From Terriglobia bacterium (lineage in GTDB: Bacteria; Acidobacteriota; Terriglobia; 20CM-2-55-15), in assembly GCA_965218585.1 (NCBI GenBank), contig CBDCLE010000023.1, forward strand, positions 6,460-70,459: a stretch of DNA of 64,000 nucleotides. The letters run 5' to 3'. The notes beneath the pieces were generated by a model, which was not told the origin of the DNA, did no database searches, and saw only the letters and a list, made by a program, of their open reading frames with translations. The position numbers and the translations under genes were made by a program. This document shows, piece by piece, positions 7,919 through 17,504 of the stretch (position 1 is its first letter; each line of letters begins with the position of its first letter).

Positions 7919-9193
7919 CTACTTAGAGACTGCCTTGGCCCGAGGCTCGTAGCGGAACTGCTTCGATCCGGCCAGCTTGGAATAGGAGCCAAAGCGCTCC
8001 TCTGCGTCTTCGATAAGATCGAGCGGCGTAGCCTCGTCGTCGCCGTCCTCATATACGTGCAACAATTTGTAGTTCGTCTTTCTCTGGGCGGGGATCCGTC
8101 CTGCGTCGCGAATCAGACGGCGAAGTTCCCGGGGTTGGACCAGCTGTCCGTATTGCGCTCCAGCCGAGGTGGAAATGCTCTCGTTCATCAGAGTCCCGCC
8201 GACATCGTTCGCACCCGCCGCAAGCAGGTACTGGGCGAACTTCGGTCCCTCCTTCACCCACGATGACTGAAGATTCGGTATAGAAGCTCCCAGCATCAGC
8301 CGGGCAAGGGCATGTAGTTTGACCACTTCCATCCCGCTCGGGCCGGGACGCAGGTTCGGAAGCAGACGATGTTGATACATCGGAGCTTCCTCAGAGATCA
8401 TTGACAGAGGCACAAACTCGGTGATTCCACCCGTCTGACGCTGGATGTCCCTCAACAGGTCCATGTGTTTTACCCAGTGAACAGGCGTCTCGATGTGGCC
8501 GTACATGATCGTCGAGGTCGTGGGAATGTCGAGGCTGTGGGCCGTAGTAATGACTTCAACCCACTCGTTCACTGTGATACGGCCCGGAGAAATGGCGTCA
8601 CGCACCTCCTGATCCAGAATCTCGGCCGATGTGCCCGGAAGCGATCCCAACCCCGCCTCTTTCAGCGCCTTGAGATAATCCTCGATCGACGTGCCCGAAC
8701 GCGTTGAGCCGTACAGCACTTCCTCGGGCGAAAACGCGTGTATATGGACGTCGGGAACCGCTTTCTTCACTTCGCGTGTGAGGTCGATGTAGAGGTTACC
8801 GTCCATATCGGGCGGCATACCCGCCTGCAGGCAAACCTCTGTCGCCCCCATATCCACTGCTTCGAGTGTCCGCCGGATGATTTCCTCGGAATTGAGAAGA
8901 TAGCCCTCTTCGTTACGGTATGTTCGGCTGAAGGCGCAGAAGCCGCAGTGCTTCACACACACGTTGGTGAAGTTGATATTGCGGTTGATGACATAGGTCA
9001 CCGTGTCGCCGACCTGAAGCTTCCTCAGCTGGTCGGCCGCAAAAACCATCGCGTGAAAGTCCGCTCCGTTGGTTTCCGACAACTGCAGTGCTTCGGATAC
9101 CGAAATCTCCTCACCTTCCAGCGCCCGGGACAGAATCCGGTGGATGTTGGGATCTATGTTGCCGGGAAGTGAAGGCAGTGTCTCTGGTGTCAT
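7919..9193 (-). CDS. cofH: FO synthase subunit CofH (radical SAM)
   Basis: 424-aa ORF. Radical-SAM cluster motif in NINFTNVCVKHCGFCAFSR. It lies immediately downstream of cofG on the same strand (12-bp gap). Confidence 0.85.
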   Translation of the reverse strand: MTPETLPSLPGNIDPNIHRILSRALEGEEISVSEALQLSETNGADFHAMVFAADQLRKLQVGDTVTYVINRNINFTNVCVKHCGFCAFSRTYRNEEGYLLNSEEIIRRTLEAVDMGATEVCLQAGMPPDMDGNLYIDLTREVKKAVPDVHIHAFSPEEVLYGSTRSGTSIEDYLKALKEAGLGSLPGTSAEILDQEVRDAISPGRITVNEWVEVITTAHSLDIPTTSTIMYGHIETPVHWVKHMDLLRDIQRQTGGITEFVPLSMISEEAPMYQHRLLPNLRPGPSGMEVVKLHALARLMLGASIPNLQSSWVKEGPKFAQYLLAAGANDVGGTLMNESISTSAGAQYGQLVQPRELRRLIRDAGRIPAQRKTNYKLLHVYEDGDDEATPLDLIEDAEERFGSYSKLAGSKQFRYEPRAKAVSK

Positions 9194-9205
9194 CGTGTTC
9201 CTCGT

Positions 9206-10357
9206 CTATGCAATTGCTGTTTGAAGATTCGAAACTATCGGTTCGAGCCGGGTCGGGAGAAAACCGGGGCGTTCGATGTACTCATCATAGATCGCCAGTC
9301 GTTCCGAGAGCGTATAGCCCTCTTCCCGGCAAGTTTCCCGAAGCGTGCGAATATGCGGCCAAGCGGCTTCGGGATTGACGTAGTCCTGGGTCACCGGAGA
9401 AATTCCGCCCCAGTCGTTGATGCCTGCACGGAGTAGAAGCCGATGGTCGTCAGGATTCAGGTTTGGCGGAACCTGGAGGTTCATCGCCCCGCCCAGAATC
9501 AGGCGCCCTACGGCAACGGCTTTCGCCACCTCGAGGCCATCGGGTTCAGGAAACTCTTCCATGCGCGTGTCGGGCTTGGCACGGAAATTCTGGATTATGA
9601 CTTCCTGGATGTGGCCGTACCTCTCGTGAAGATCACGAATGGCAATGAGGCTATCGACGATCTCTTCGACGGTTTCTCCAATCCCGATAAGAATTCCTGT
9701 CGTGAACGCTATCGACAGCTCCCCCGCCTCACGAATCATCTGCAAACGTACGTCCGGATGCTTGTCCGGTGCCGAAAAGTGAGGCATGCCTTTCATCGTG
9801 AGTCTGGGGCTGACATTCTCGAGCATCAAGCCGAGGCTGGCGTTCACCGGCTTGAGGAGTTCCATTTGCTGGTACGTGAGCACACCCGCGTTTGTGTGGG
9901 GCAGAAATCCATGCCCAACTGCTATTTCACAAGCCTCGAAGACATATTCGACTGTCGTCTCATGTCCGAAATCCGCAAGGGTCTCCCGATAATGTGGATA
10001 GGCCGCTTCCGGTCTGTCGCCCAGGCACATCAGGGCTTCTTTGCAACCCTGCGCGCTTCCCGATCGCAGCGTATGACGAATGTCGTCCGGGGTCATCGTC
10101 CATGCGTCCGGGTCGGTCGGATCCTTCCGGAAGGTGCAGTACGAACAACGATCCCGGCACAGGTTCGTCACCGGGAGAAATACCTTTCGGGAATAGGTCA
10201 CGGTCCTGCCCTTCGATCGGTCCCGCAGACGGCCGGCGGCTTCGATCACCGAGTAGACCTGGGAACCTTTCGAGTGGATCAGGTCATAACCCTCTCCGGC
10301 GGAGAGGGACTCACCGTCGAGAGCCTTTCGCAGAATCGCGTCTATCTTCAGGGGCAT
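9206..10357 (-). CDS. cofG: FO synthase subunit CofG (radical SAM)
   Basis: 383-aa ORF. Radical-SAM motif in PVTNLCRDRCSYCTF. Paired with cofH. Confidence 0.85.
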   Translation of the reverse strand: MPLKIDAILRKALDGESLSAGEGYDLIHSKGSQVYSVIEAAGRLRDRSKGRTVTYSRKVFLPVTNLCRDRCSYCTFRKDPTDPDAWTMTPDDIRHTLRSGSAQGCKEALMCLGDRPEAAYPHYRETLADFGHETTVEYVFEACEIAVGHGFLPHTNAGVLTYQQMELLKPVNASLGLMLENVSPRLTMKGMPHFSAPDKHPDVRLQMIREAGELSIAFTTGILIGIGETVEEIVDSLIAIRDLHERYGHIQEVIIQNFRAKPDTRMEEFPEPDGLEVAKAVAVGRLILGGAMNLQVPPNLNPDDHRLLLRAGINDWGGISPVTQDYVNPEAAWPHIRTLRETCREEGYTLSERLAIYDEYIERPGFLPTRLEPIVSNLQTAIA

Positions 10358-10457
10358 CTGGCTATTTTACACGGTAATGCCGGAGCGGCGACAGGTGGGT
10401 CGGACAGTCAGAGGGGAGGTCTACTCGTCTCGCGAAACGTTCTGGCTTGGTCCTGAA

Positions 10458-10548
10458 GGGCTTGCGATCAGGATGATCGCGAGCGTCGCCCTGCTTTCAC
10501 ATAGAAGACTCAGACAGGATGTCTGAAGAACGACCGAGCGAAATCTTC
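10458..10548 (-). repeat. Dual-hairpin intergenic repeat, copy A (carries an 18-nt insertion between the hairpins)
   Basis: Its reverse complement reads GAAGATTTCGCTCGGTCGTTC-TTCAGAC-ATCCT-GTCTGA...GGCGACGCTC-GCGATCA-TCC-TGATCGC-AAGCCC. It starts 14-16 nt after the meaB-like stop codon. Confidence 0.85.
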
Positions 10549-10561
10549 TCCCGACCCCCAC

Positions 10562-11515
10562 CTAAGCCTTTCCGAACTTCGAGTTACCGACGATCTTTTC
10601 CACAATCGAGTAGGGATCCTGCTTGCGTTCTGCAATCTCTTTAATGAGCTGATCCAGGTCTCCATCAGGGAACACTTCATCGACGGCAGCCGCCACAAGT
10701 CTCTCCTGTAACTGGGTCATCAGGCGTTGCCGGGCGGCATCCCGCTTCTTCTGTGTTCGGATCTTCGAATCTTCGAAAACCTGTCTGCACTCCTCGATTC
10801 GTTCGACCAGTTCGGTGGTTCCTTCTCCGGTGGTCGCCACGGTCTTGACGATCGGGGGATTCCAGTCATCCGGGCGGTGGGCCAGGGAGAGCATGGCGCC
10901 AATCGCGCTCTCGATCTTGTCGACACCGGGATGATCGGACTTGTTGATCACGAAGATATCGCCGATTTCCATAAGGCCGGCCTTGATCGCCTGAACGTCG
11001 TCTCCCATACCCGGAACCAGGACGACCACCGAAATATCCGCCAACTTTACGATCTCGATCTCATCCTGACCCACACCGACAGTTTCGACGATGATCGGGT
11101 CGCGACCCGCCGCATCCAGAACTGTGACTACATCAGCAGTCGTCGATGCCAGACCGCCCAGGTTACCGCGAGTCGCCATACTGCGAATGTAGATCCCCGG
11201 ATCGACACCCAGAGTCTGCATCCGAATCCGATCACCGAGAATTGCGCCGCCCGTGAAAGGGCTGCTCGGATCGACAGCCACAATCCCCACGCTTTTGTCG
11301 CTCTGCCTGTAATCGATCGCCAATCGATCCACCAGTGAACTCTTCCCCGCTCCCGGACTGCCGGTCACACCGATCACCTGAGACTGCCCGGTCTTGGGGA
11401 ACAGCGCTTTAAGAATCTCCAGGCTGTCCGGGGATCGGTTTTCGACCCGTGTGATCGCCCGGGCCAAGGCCCGTATGTCACCGCTAAGGACTTCTTTTAG
11501 AAGTGAGTTATCCAT
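10562..11515 (-). CDS. MeaB/ArgK-family G3E GTPase (B12-mutase chaperone), paralog 1
   Basis: 317-aa ORF. P-loop GVTGSPGAGKSS, plus DPSSPFTGGAILGDRIRM, ETVGVGQDE and NKSD. Confidence 0.8.
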   Translation of the reverse strand: MDNSLLKEVLSGDIRALARAITRVENRSPDSLEILKALFPKTGQSQVIGVTGSPGAGKSSLVDRLAIDYRQSDKSVGIVAVDPSSPFTGGAILGDRIRMQTLGVDPGIYIRSMATRGNLGGLASTTADVVTVLDAAGRDPIIVETVGVGQDEIEIVKLADISVVVLVPGMGDDVQAIKAGLMEIGDIFVINKSDHPGVDKIESAIGAMLSLAHRPDDWNPPIVKTVATTGEGTTELVERIEECRQVFEDSKIRTQKKRDAARQRLMTQLQERLVAAAVDEVFPDGDLDQLIKEIAERKQDPYSIVEKIVGNSKFGKA

Positions 11516-11691
11516 CAGTGGCTTAGTTCTCGTTGGTAATTTCCATCAATGGCATTGTATCGCAGCCACGACCAGCGGAACCGAAACCCGCTGGTGGGAA
11601 ATTCAGGACAGACCCCTGTTTCCAAAAAACGAAAGAGTTGCTTACGGAAAGAGGGATCTGTCCCTGGAATTTCCCGTAAAATACACCGCCT

Positions 11692-12093
11692 ATGACCGAA
11701 GTACGACTGCAAACCCACTGGCCCGATTGCGATCCCGCCGGGATCGTCTATTTCGCAAACTTTTTCCGCTTTGTGGGCATCGCCGAGGAAGAGATGTTCC
11801 TTCTCGCCAACAAGCGACGTCAGAAGATACTCGATGACCACGACATCTGGATGCCCCGGGTGGAAACCCACGCGAAGTTCATCAGACCGATTCAGAGTGG
11901 ATCGGCGATTCGAATACGCATGGACCCGCAGTTCAAAGGCTCAAAGACCGTGCGCTTCGAGTTTGAGGTTATCGACGACGAGACAGAGGCATTGTTTGCA
12001 ACCGGCTTTTTGACGGTGGTCTGCGTGGATCGGGAAACGTTCAAAGCCAAACCGATACCGGAAGAAATTAAAAACATCTTGAGTGGAAAGTAA
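11692..12093 (+). CDS. Hotdog-fold acyl-CoA thioesterase (YbgC/4HBT-like)
   Basis: 133-aa ORF. The N-terminus VRLQTHWPDCDPAGIVYFANFFRF is typical of 4HBT thioesterases. Confidence 0.7.
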   Translation: MTEVRLQTHWPDCDPAGIVYFANFFRFVGIAEEEMFLLANKRRQKILDDHDIWMPRVETHAKFIRPIQSGSAIRIRMDPQFKGSKTVRFEFEVIDDETEALFATGFLTVVCVDRETFKAKPIPEEIKNILSGK

Positions 12094-12207
12094 CTTCTTA
12101 GCGCGCCGACGCCTCGGCTCCGCGTCTTTATTTGAAAGCGGTCCACCCGCACCGGCGGACCGGCGCGGGTCCTCCTCTACCTGCTTCAAAATTCCCCTGA
12201 TCCAATT

Positions 12208-12286
12208 GGCCTCTCCATCATCCTGATGGAGAGGGTCGCCGGTCGTTCGGCCAGGATGGCCGATTGAACGACCGAGCGAAATCTTC
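12208..12286 (-). repeat. Dual-hairpin intergenic repeat, copy B
   Basis: Its reverse complement reads GAAGATTTCGCTCGGTCGTTCAA-TCGGCC-ATCCT-GGCCGA-ACGACCGGCGACC-CTCTCCATCA-GGA-TGATGGAGAG-GCC. The loop of hairpin 2 is inverted relative to the other copies. Confidence 0.85.
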
Positions 12287-12343
12287 TCCAGTGAGCATTT
12301 GACTAATCCCAACTTTCCCAACACTAATCATGAATAGACACGC

Positions 12344-12380
12344 AAAAAAGCCGGTACCCGCTTTATAGCAGGTACCGGCC
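12344..12380 (-). terminator. Rho-independent terminator of the LLM oxidoreductase gene
   Basis: On the minus strand: GCCGGTACC-tgctataaagcg-GGTACCGGC followed by TTTTTT. It lies about 20 nt after the stop at 12401. Confidence 0.8.
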
Positions 12381-12400
12381 CATAAGACTGTGCGATTAGT

Positions 12401-13327
12401 TTACTTAATGTGAGGCAACACGTCCTTGGCAAACCATTCGATCTTCTCTCGACGCTCCGGCCAACGGCCTTTCATGAACTGAAGCGCGATGTGCTTCACG
12501 CCGATGTCCTTGAACTTGTTGATCGACTCGATCAACTGTTCGGGCGTACCCTCGAAGACATCATCCTGCTGGTCTACCGGATCCTTGGTAATCTCAACCG
12601 GACGGCAGCAGCAAAGGTCAACCTGACCCTCCCTGCCGAGCTCGGCAGCGGCTTTCTGAACCCTGCTGTACTTGGCAGCCAGATCCTCGGCCGAGATCTT
12701 CACGTGGTAAGAGAACCATGCATCACCATACTTGGCCGCGCGGTTGACCGCAGCTTCACTCTCTCCACCCGTCCAGATCGGGAAACGGGGATCCTGAACC
12801 GGTCTGGGACTGACCGACAGCGGTTCGAAATCGTAATGTTTTCCGTGGTAACTCGGCTTGTCCGATTTCCAGAGGGTATTGAAGATCTCGAGCTGCTCGT
12901 TACCCATCGCGCCCCTCTTTTTGAAAGGCACACCCAGGGCGTTGAATTCCTCGATCATCCAGCCGATTCCGGCTCCAAGGATGAGCCGACCGTTTGAAAG
13001 CGTATCGATGGATGTCGCGACGCGGGCCGTATAGAGCGGATGGCGAAACGGCAAAACGGCTACGCTGATACCCAGTTTGACCTTCTTGGTCACTCCGGAC
13101 AGGAAAGCCAGGCAGGTCAGCGGCTCAAGAAACGGAACGTCAGGTGGAACGAACCACTGTGAGTTGTCCTTATAGGGGTAGGCCGTTTCCATTAGCCATG
13201 GATTCACAAGGCGTTCTGCTGCCCAGACCGAATCGTAGCCTGCGTTCTCGGCCTGCTGGGCAGCGTCGGTCAAAACTTCAGGAACCGCGGCGCGGCCAGA
13301 GACTGGGAGAAAGACTCCAACTTCCAT
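12401..13327 (-). CDS. LLM-class (luciferase-like) F420-dependent oxidoreductase
   Basis: 308-aa ORF. It has the luciferase-like monooxygenase pattern (GVFLP...., SVWAAERL, GRLILGAGIGW, FPIWTGG). F420 dependence is inferred from family resemblance and the F420 genes in this window. Confidence 0.65.
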   Translation of the reverse strand: MEVGVFLPVSGRAAVPEVLTDAAQQAENAGYDSVWAAERLVNPWLMETAYPYKDNSQWFVPPDVPFLEPLTCLAFLSGVTKKVKLGISVAVLPFRHPLYTARVATSIDTLSNGRLILGAGIGWMIEEFNALGVPFKKRGAMGNEQLEIFNTLWKSDKPSYHGKHYDFEPLSVSPRPVQDPRFPIWTGGESEAAVNRAAKYGDAWFSYHVKISAEDLAAKYSRVQKAAAELGREGQVDLCCCRPVEITKDPVDQQDDVFEGTPEQLIESINKFKDIGVKHIALQFMKGRWPERREKIEWFAKDVLPHIK

Positions 13328-13740
13328 AAGAAATGTGCCTCCTTACTTTGATTAGGCAGAATTGTATTCTTGTTAAAACTTCGGCGAATCTTCAAACCAG
13401 TCGCGGGTCATCGCAGGAAAGAGGAGCTCTGCCGATCGCACAGAGTAGCAGATGCACCGCATCTGGTGCAAGCTGCGGGTGGTACTGGAAAAAACGCCGC
13501 TAAAGGCGTCTCGGGTCCGGCTATTTCAAACGCGAGTCAGGGCCATAGCCAACTGCTTCCCCTGTCTCATTTTCAATCACTTCCGGCCCCATTCCGGCCC
13601 CCACTCTTGATATATACTGGGCCCTCGGATCAGCCAATGGCCCTCCTGTCCGGCCAACCTCAGAGGTTCAAGAGTCCGCTGGGTGCTCCCGGACCCGTTC
13701 CCGATAACAGCCATTGCGGATCTCCAATAGAATTAAGCAC

Positions 13741-15930
13741 ATGACCACGGGAAAACATCCAGAACCTGATCGGCCGGAGGACTGGCAGGAGCGGGCTCGG
13801 ACAGAATCCAGGGGCAGGCCTCTCGAAGAACTCAACTGGGAGACCCCCGAGGGCATCCGCGTCAAGCCTCTGTACACGGCCGACGATTTGGACGAGATCT
13901 CCCACCTCGGCAACCTGCCCGGGTTCGCACCGTACGTCCGCGGCCCAAAAGCCACGATGTATGCCGGTCGGCCATGGACGGTTCGCCAGTACGCGGGTTT
14001 TTCCACAGCCGAGGAATCCAACGCGTTTTACCGGAATAACTTGGCCGCTGGTCAGACCGGTCTTTCGGTCGCATTCGACCTGGCTACACACAGGGGCTAC
14101 GACTCGGATCATCCGCGTGTGGTGGGCGATGTGGGCAAGGCCGGCGTGGCTATCGATACGATCGAGGACATGAAGATCCTGTTCGACGGTATGCCCCTGG
14201 AGCAGATGTCGGTGTCGATGACGATGAACGGAGCGGTCCTGCCAATCATGGCGATGTACATCGTTGCCGCCGAGGAACAGGGCGTCAGTCCGGACCAGTT
14301 GGCGGGTACGCTCCAGAACGACATCCTGAAGGAATTCATGGTCCGAAATACCTATATCTATCCGCCCGAGCCTTCGATGCGAATAGTGGCCGACATCATT
14401 TCTTATACCGCCCGGCACATGCCCAAATTCAACTCGGTATCCATCTCCGGCTACCACATGCTGGAAGCCGGAGCCACCAGCGTGCAGGAACTGGGGTTCA
14501 CGCTGGCCGACGGGATCGAATACGTGCGTGCAGCCCTCGGCAACGGATTAAAGGTCGATCAATTCGCACCCCGACTTTCGTTCTTCTTTGGTATCGGAAT
14601 GAACTTCTTCATGGAAGTCGCAAAACTCCGGGCGGCAAGGTTGCTCTGGTCCTCGCTGATCGAGGAACTGTTCTCGCCCCAAGACCCCCGCTCGTTGATG
14701 CTGCGAACACATTGCCAGACATCAGGCGTCAGCCTGACGAGTCAGGACGCTTACAACAACATCGTCCGCACGACCGTGGAGGCCATGGCTGCTGCCCTGG
14801 GCGGCACCCAGTCACTCCACACAAATTCCTTCGACGAAGCCCTCGCCTTGCCCACGCCGTTCTCCGCTCACATCGCACGCAATACACAGCTTGTGCTACA
14901 AGAAGAAACTGGAATCACACGCGTGGTCGATCCGCTCGCCGGGTCCTACTACGTCGAGAGTCTGACCGCTTCGCTTGCAGCCGAAGCCCGGAAGCTCATC
15001 GATGAAGTCGAAGAACTCGGGGGTATGACCCGGGCCGTCGAATCCGGCATGCCGAAGATGCGAATCGAGCAGGCCGCGGCGCTCAGGCAGGCTCGCATCG
15101 ACCGTGGGGAAGAGGTCGTCGTCGGTGTGAACAAGTATCGGCGCGAGGACGAACCGGACATTGAAATTCTGGACATCGATAACCGAGCGGTGCGGAAGGG
15201 CCAGATTGAGCGTCTGGACAGGGTTCGGAAAGAGAGGGACGAGTCGCCATGCCAGGCTCGACTGGAGGCTTTGACAGCCGCAGCAGAAGCAGGCACCGAG
15301 AACCTGCTTGTCCTGGCCATCGATGCCGCCAGGGCACGAGCAAGCGTCGGGGAAATTTCCGATGCTGTTGAGAAGGTGTACGGACGCCACAAGGCAGTCA
15401 TTCACTCGGTTAGCGGCGTCTACGGATCTGCTTACGAGGGAGACATTGGCTTTATGGAGATCCAGCGGGACATCGACGCGTTCGCACGTGAAGAAGGCCG
15501 GCGGCCCCGCATACTGATTGCCAAGCTGGGTCAAGATGGGCATGATCGCGGCGCCAAGGTTATCGCGACGGCGTTCGCCGACATCGGGTTTGACGTCGAT
15601 ATCGGCCCGCTGTTCCAAACTCCGGAAGAAGCCGCAGGGCATGCCATCGAAAACGACGTTCACGTCGTCGGCGTGTCGTCTCAAGCGGCAGGCCACAAAA
15701 CGCTTGTTCCCCAGCTGTTGGATTCGCTCAAGAAGCAAGGCGCGAACGAAATCATCGTTGTGTGCGGGGGTGTCATCCCACCGCAGGACTACGACGAACT
15801 GAAGGCCGCCGGCGTAGCCGCGGTGTATGGACCGGGAACGAACATCCCTGTGGCGGCCGGTGAAGTACTGAACCTGATTCGTGAAAGGCGGAAAGCCACA
15901 CTAGCGACGCCACAACCAAAGAAGGTTTAA
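13741..15930 (+). CDS. Methylmalonyl-CoA mutase, single-chain (catalytic barrel fused to the B12-binding domain)
   Basis: Start taken at ATG 13741; the ORF track offers 13714. Motifs [22 protein letters not shown] and [10 protein letters not shown], plus the C-terminal B12 DxHxxG motif in [12 protein letters not shown]. Confidence 0.9.
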   Translation: MTTGKHPEPDRPEDWQERARTESRGRPLEELNWETPEGIRVKPLYTADDLDEISHLGNLPGFAPYVRGPKATMYAGRPWTVRQYAGFSTAEESNAFYRNNLAAGQTGLSVAFDLATHRGYDSDHPRVVGDVGKAGVAIDTIEDMKILFDGMPLEQMSVSMTMNGAVLPIMAMYIVAAEEQGVSPDQLAGTLQNDILKEFMVRNTYIYPPEPSMRIVADIISYTARHMPKFNSVSISGYHMLEAGATSVQELGFTLADGIEYVRAALGNGLKVDQFAPRLSFFFGIGMNFFMEVAKLRAARLLWSSLIEELFSPQDPRSLMLRTHCQTSGVSLTSQDAYNNIVRTTVEAMAAALGGTQSLHTNSFDEALALPTPFSAHIARNTQLVLQEETGITRVVDPLAGSYYVESLTASLAAEARKLIDEVEELGGMTRAVESGMPKMRIEQAAALRQARIDRGEEVVVGVNKYRREDEPDIEILDIDNRAVRKGQIERLDRVRKERDESPCQARLEALTAAAEAGTENLLVLAIDAARARASVGEISDAVEKVYGRHKAVIHSVSGVYGSAYEGDIGFMEIQRDIDAFAREEGRRPRILIAKLGQDGHDRGAKVIATAFADIGFDVDIGPLFQTPEEAAGHAIENDVHVVGVSSQAAGHKTLVPQLLDSLKKQGANEIIVVCGGVIPPQDYDELKAAGVAAVYGPGTNIPVAAGEVLNLIRERRKATLATPQPKKV

Positions 15931-15942
15931 TCGGAGACGTTC

Positions 15943-17475
15943 ATGCAAGACATCATCGAACAATTGGAACAAATGCGATCAGCCGCGAAACTCGGCGGCG
16001 GCAAAGACCGTATCCAGAAACAACATGCGAAGGGCAAACTGACAGCGCGCGAGCGCATCGAACTGCTCCTCGACTCCGGTAGCTTCGAAGAATGGGATAT
16101 GTTCGTCGAACATCGGTCGACCGACTTCGGCATGGGCGACAACAAGATACCCGGTGACGGCGTCGTTACCGGCTACGGAACGATCAACGGCCGACTCGTC
16201 TTCGTCTTCAGCCAGGACTTCACCGTGTTCGGTGGGTCGTTGTCGGAAGCCCACGCGGAAAAAATCTGCAAGGTAATGAAGCAGGCCATGAAGGTCGGCG
16301 CTCCGCTGATCGGATTGAACGATTCCGGGGGTGCACGCATCCAGGAAGGAGTTGCCTCCCTGGGCGGCTATGCCGATGTCTTTCAGCAGAACGTCCTGGC
16401 CTCAGGTGTCGTCCCCCAGATCTCGCTGATCATGGGCCCCAGTGCCGGCGGTGCAGTCTACTCCCCAGCGATCACTGACTTTATCTTCATGGTACGAGAC
16501 AGTGCTTACATGTTTGTGACCGGGCCCGACGTCGTCAAGACTGTCACTCATGAAGAAGTCACGGCCGAGGAACTCGGCGGGGCGGTCACACACACCTCGA
16601 AATCCGGGGTGGCCGATCTGGCATTCGAAAACGACGTCGAAGCGCTGCTGATGACGCGGCGGCTCGTCAATTTCCTTCCTCCGAATAACAAAGACAAACC
16701 GCCTACCTGGCCCACATCTGATCCGATGAGCCGCGTGGAATGGTCCCTGGACAGCCTTGTACCTGACGATCCGGCCAAGCCATACGACATGAAGGAATTG
16801 ATCGTGAAGGTAGCCGACGAAGGCGATTTCTTCGAGATACAGACCGAATACGCCAAGAACATTGTTGTGGGGTTCATTCGCATGGAAGGATCGACCGTCG
16901 GCGTCATAGCCAATCAGCCCATGGTCCTGGCAGGCTGTCTGGACATCAATTCGTCGGTGAAAGGAGCGCGTTTTGTCCGTTTCTGCGACGCTTTCAACAT
17001 ACCCATGCTGACGCTGGTCGATGTGCCGGGATTCATGCCGGGCACCGCCCAGGAATACGGCGGCATCATCAAACAAGGGGCAAAACTACTGTATGCCTAT
17101 GCGGAAGCCACGGTGCCCAAAGTTACCGTCATTACGCGCAAAGCCTACGGTGGGGCCTATGACGTCATGTCCTCGAAGCACCTGCGCGGAGACGTCAATT
17201 TTGCATGGCCGAGCGCCGAGATTGCAGTGATGGGACCGAAAGGAGCCGTAGAAATCATTTTCCGCCAGGACCTGGGAGACGAAGAGAAGATCGCGGAGCG
17301 GACCGAAGAATATCGGAAAAAGTTCGCGAATCCATTCATCGCGGGAAGCCGCGGATACATCGACGATGTCATCATGCCGAGAAATACACGCGCACGGGTT
17401 GCACGGTCCTTCGCGATGCTCAGGAACAAGTCGCTGGAGAATCCCTGGCGTAAACATGGAAACATTCCTTTGTAG
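15943..17475 (+). CDS. pccB: Propionyl-CoA carboxylase beta subunit (carboxyltransferase)
   Basis: 510-aa ORF. Typical carboxyltransferase pattern ([43 protein letters not shown]). Confidence 0.88.
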   Translation: MQDIIEQLEQMRSAAKLGGGKDRIQKQHAKGKLTARERIELLLDSGSFEEWDMFVEHRSTDFGMGDNKIPGDGVVTGYGTINGRLVFVFSQDFTVFGGSLSEAHAEKICKVMKQAMKVGAPLIGLNDSGGARIQEGVASLGGYADVFQQNVLASGVVPQISLIMGPSAGGAVYSPAITDFIFMVRDSAYMFVTGPDVVKTVTHEEVTAEELGGAVTHTSKSGVADLAFENDVEALLMTRRLVNFLPPNNKDKPPTWPTSDPMSRVEWSLDSLVPDDPAKPYDMKELIVKVADEGDFFEIQTEYAKNIVVGFIRMEGSTVGVIANQPMVLAGCLDINSSVKGARFVRFCDAFNIPMLTLVDVPGFMPGTAQEYGGIIKQGAKLLYAYAEATVPKVTVITRKAYGGAYDVMSSKHLRGDVNFAWPSAEIAVMGPKGAVEIIFRQDLGDEEKIAERTEEYRKKFANPFIAGSRGYIDDVIMPRNTRARVARSFAMLRNKSLENPWRKHGNIPL

Positions 17476-17504
17476 ATGAAGCAGCACGCCAAGAAAGCGA
17501 TCAC

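Noticed and set aside
9443-10456. 337-aa ORF on the plus strand
   Set aside because: It lies entirely antisense to cofG, which has clear radical-SAM motifs. The sequence is R, P and G-rich and low in complexity, typical of shadow frames in GC-rich DNA.
13330-13740. Possible cobalamin riboswitch in the 410-bp divergent region upstream of the B12-dependent mutase (GGTTCAAGAGTCC and CAGCCATTGCGG vaguely resemble the GGTG.AA.TCC and GCCACTG boxes)
   Set aside because: The matches are partial and out of the usual spacing. B12 riboswitches normally control B12 transport, B12 synthesis or B12-independent isozymes, not the B12 enzyme itself. A cmsearch with RF00174 would settle it.
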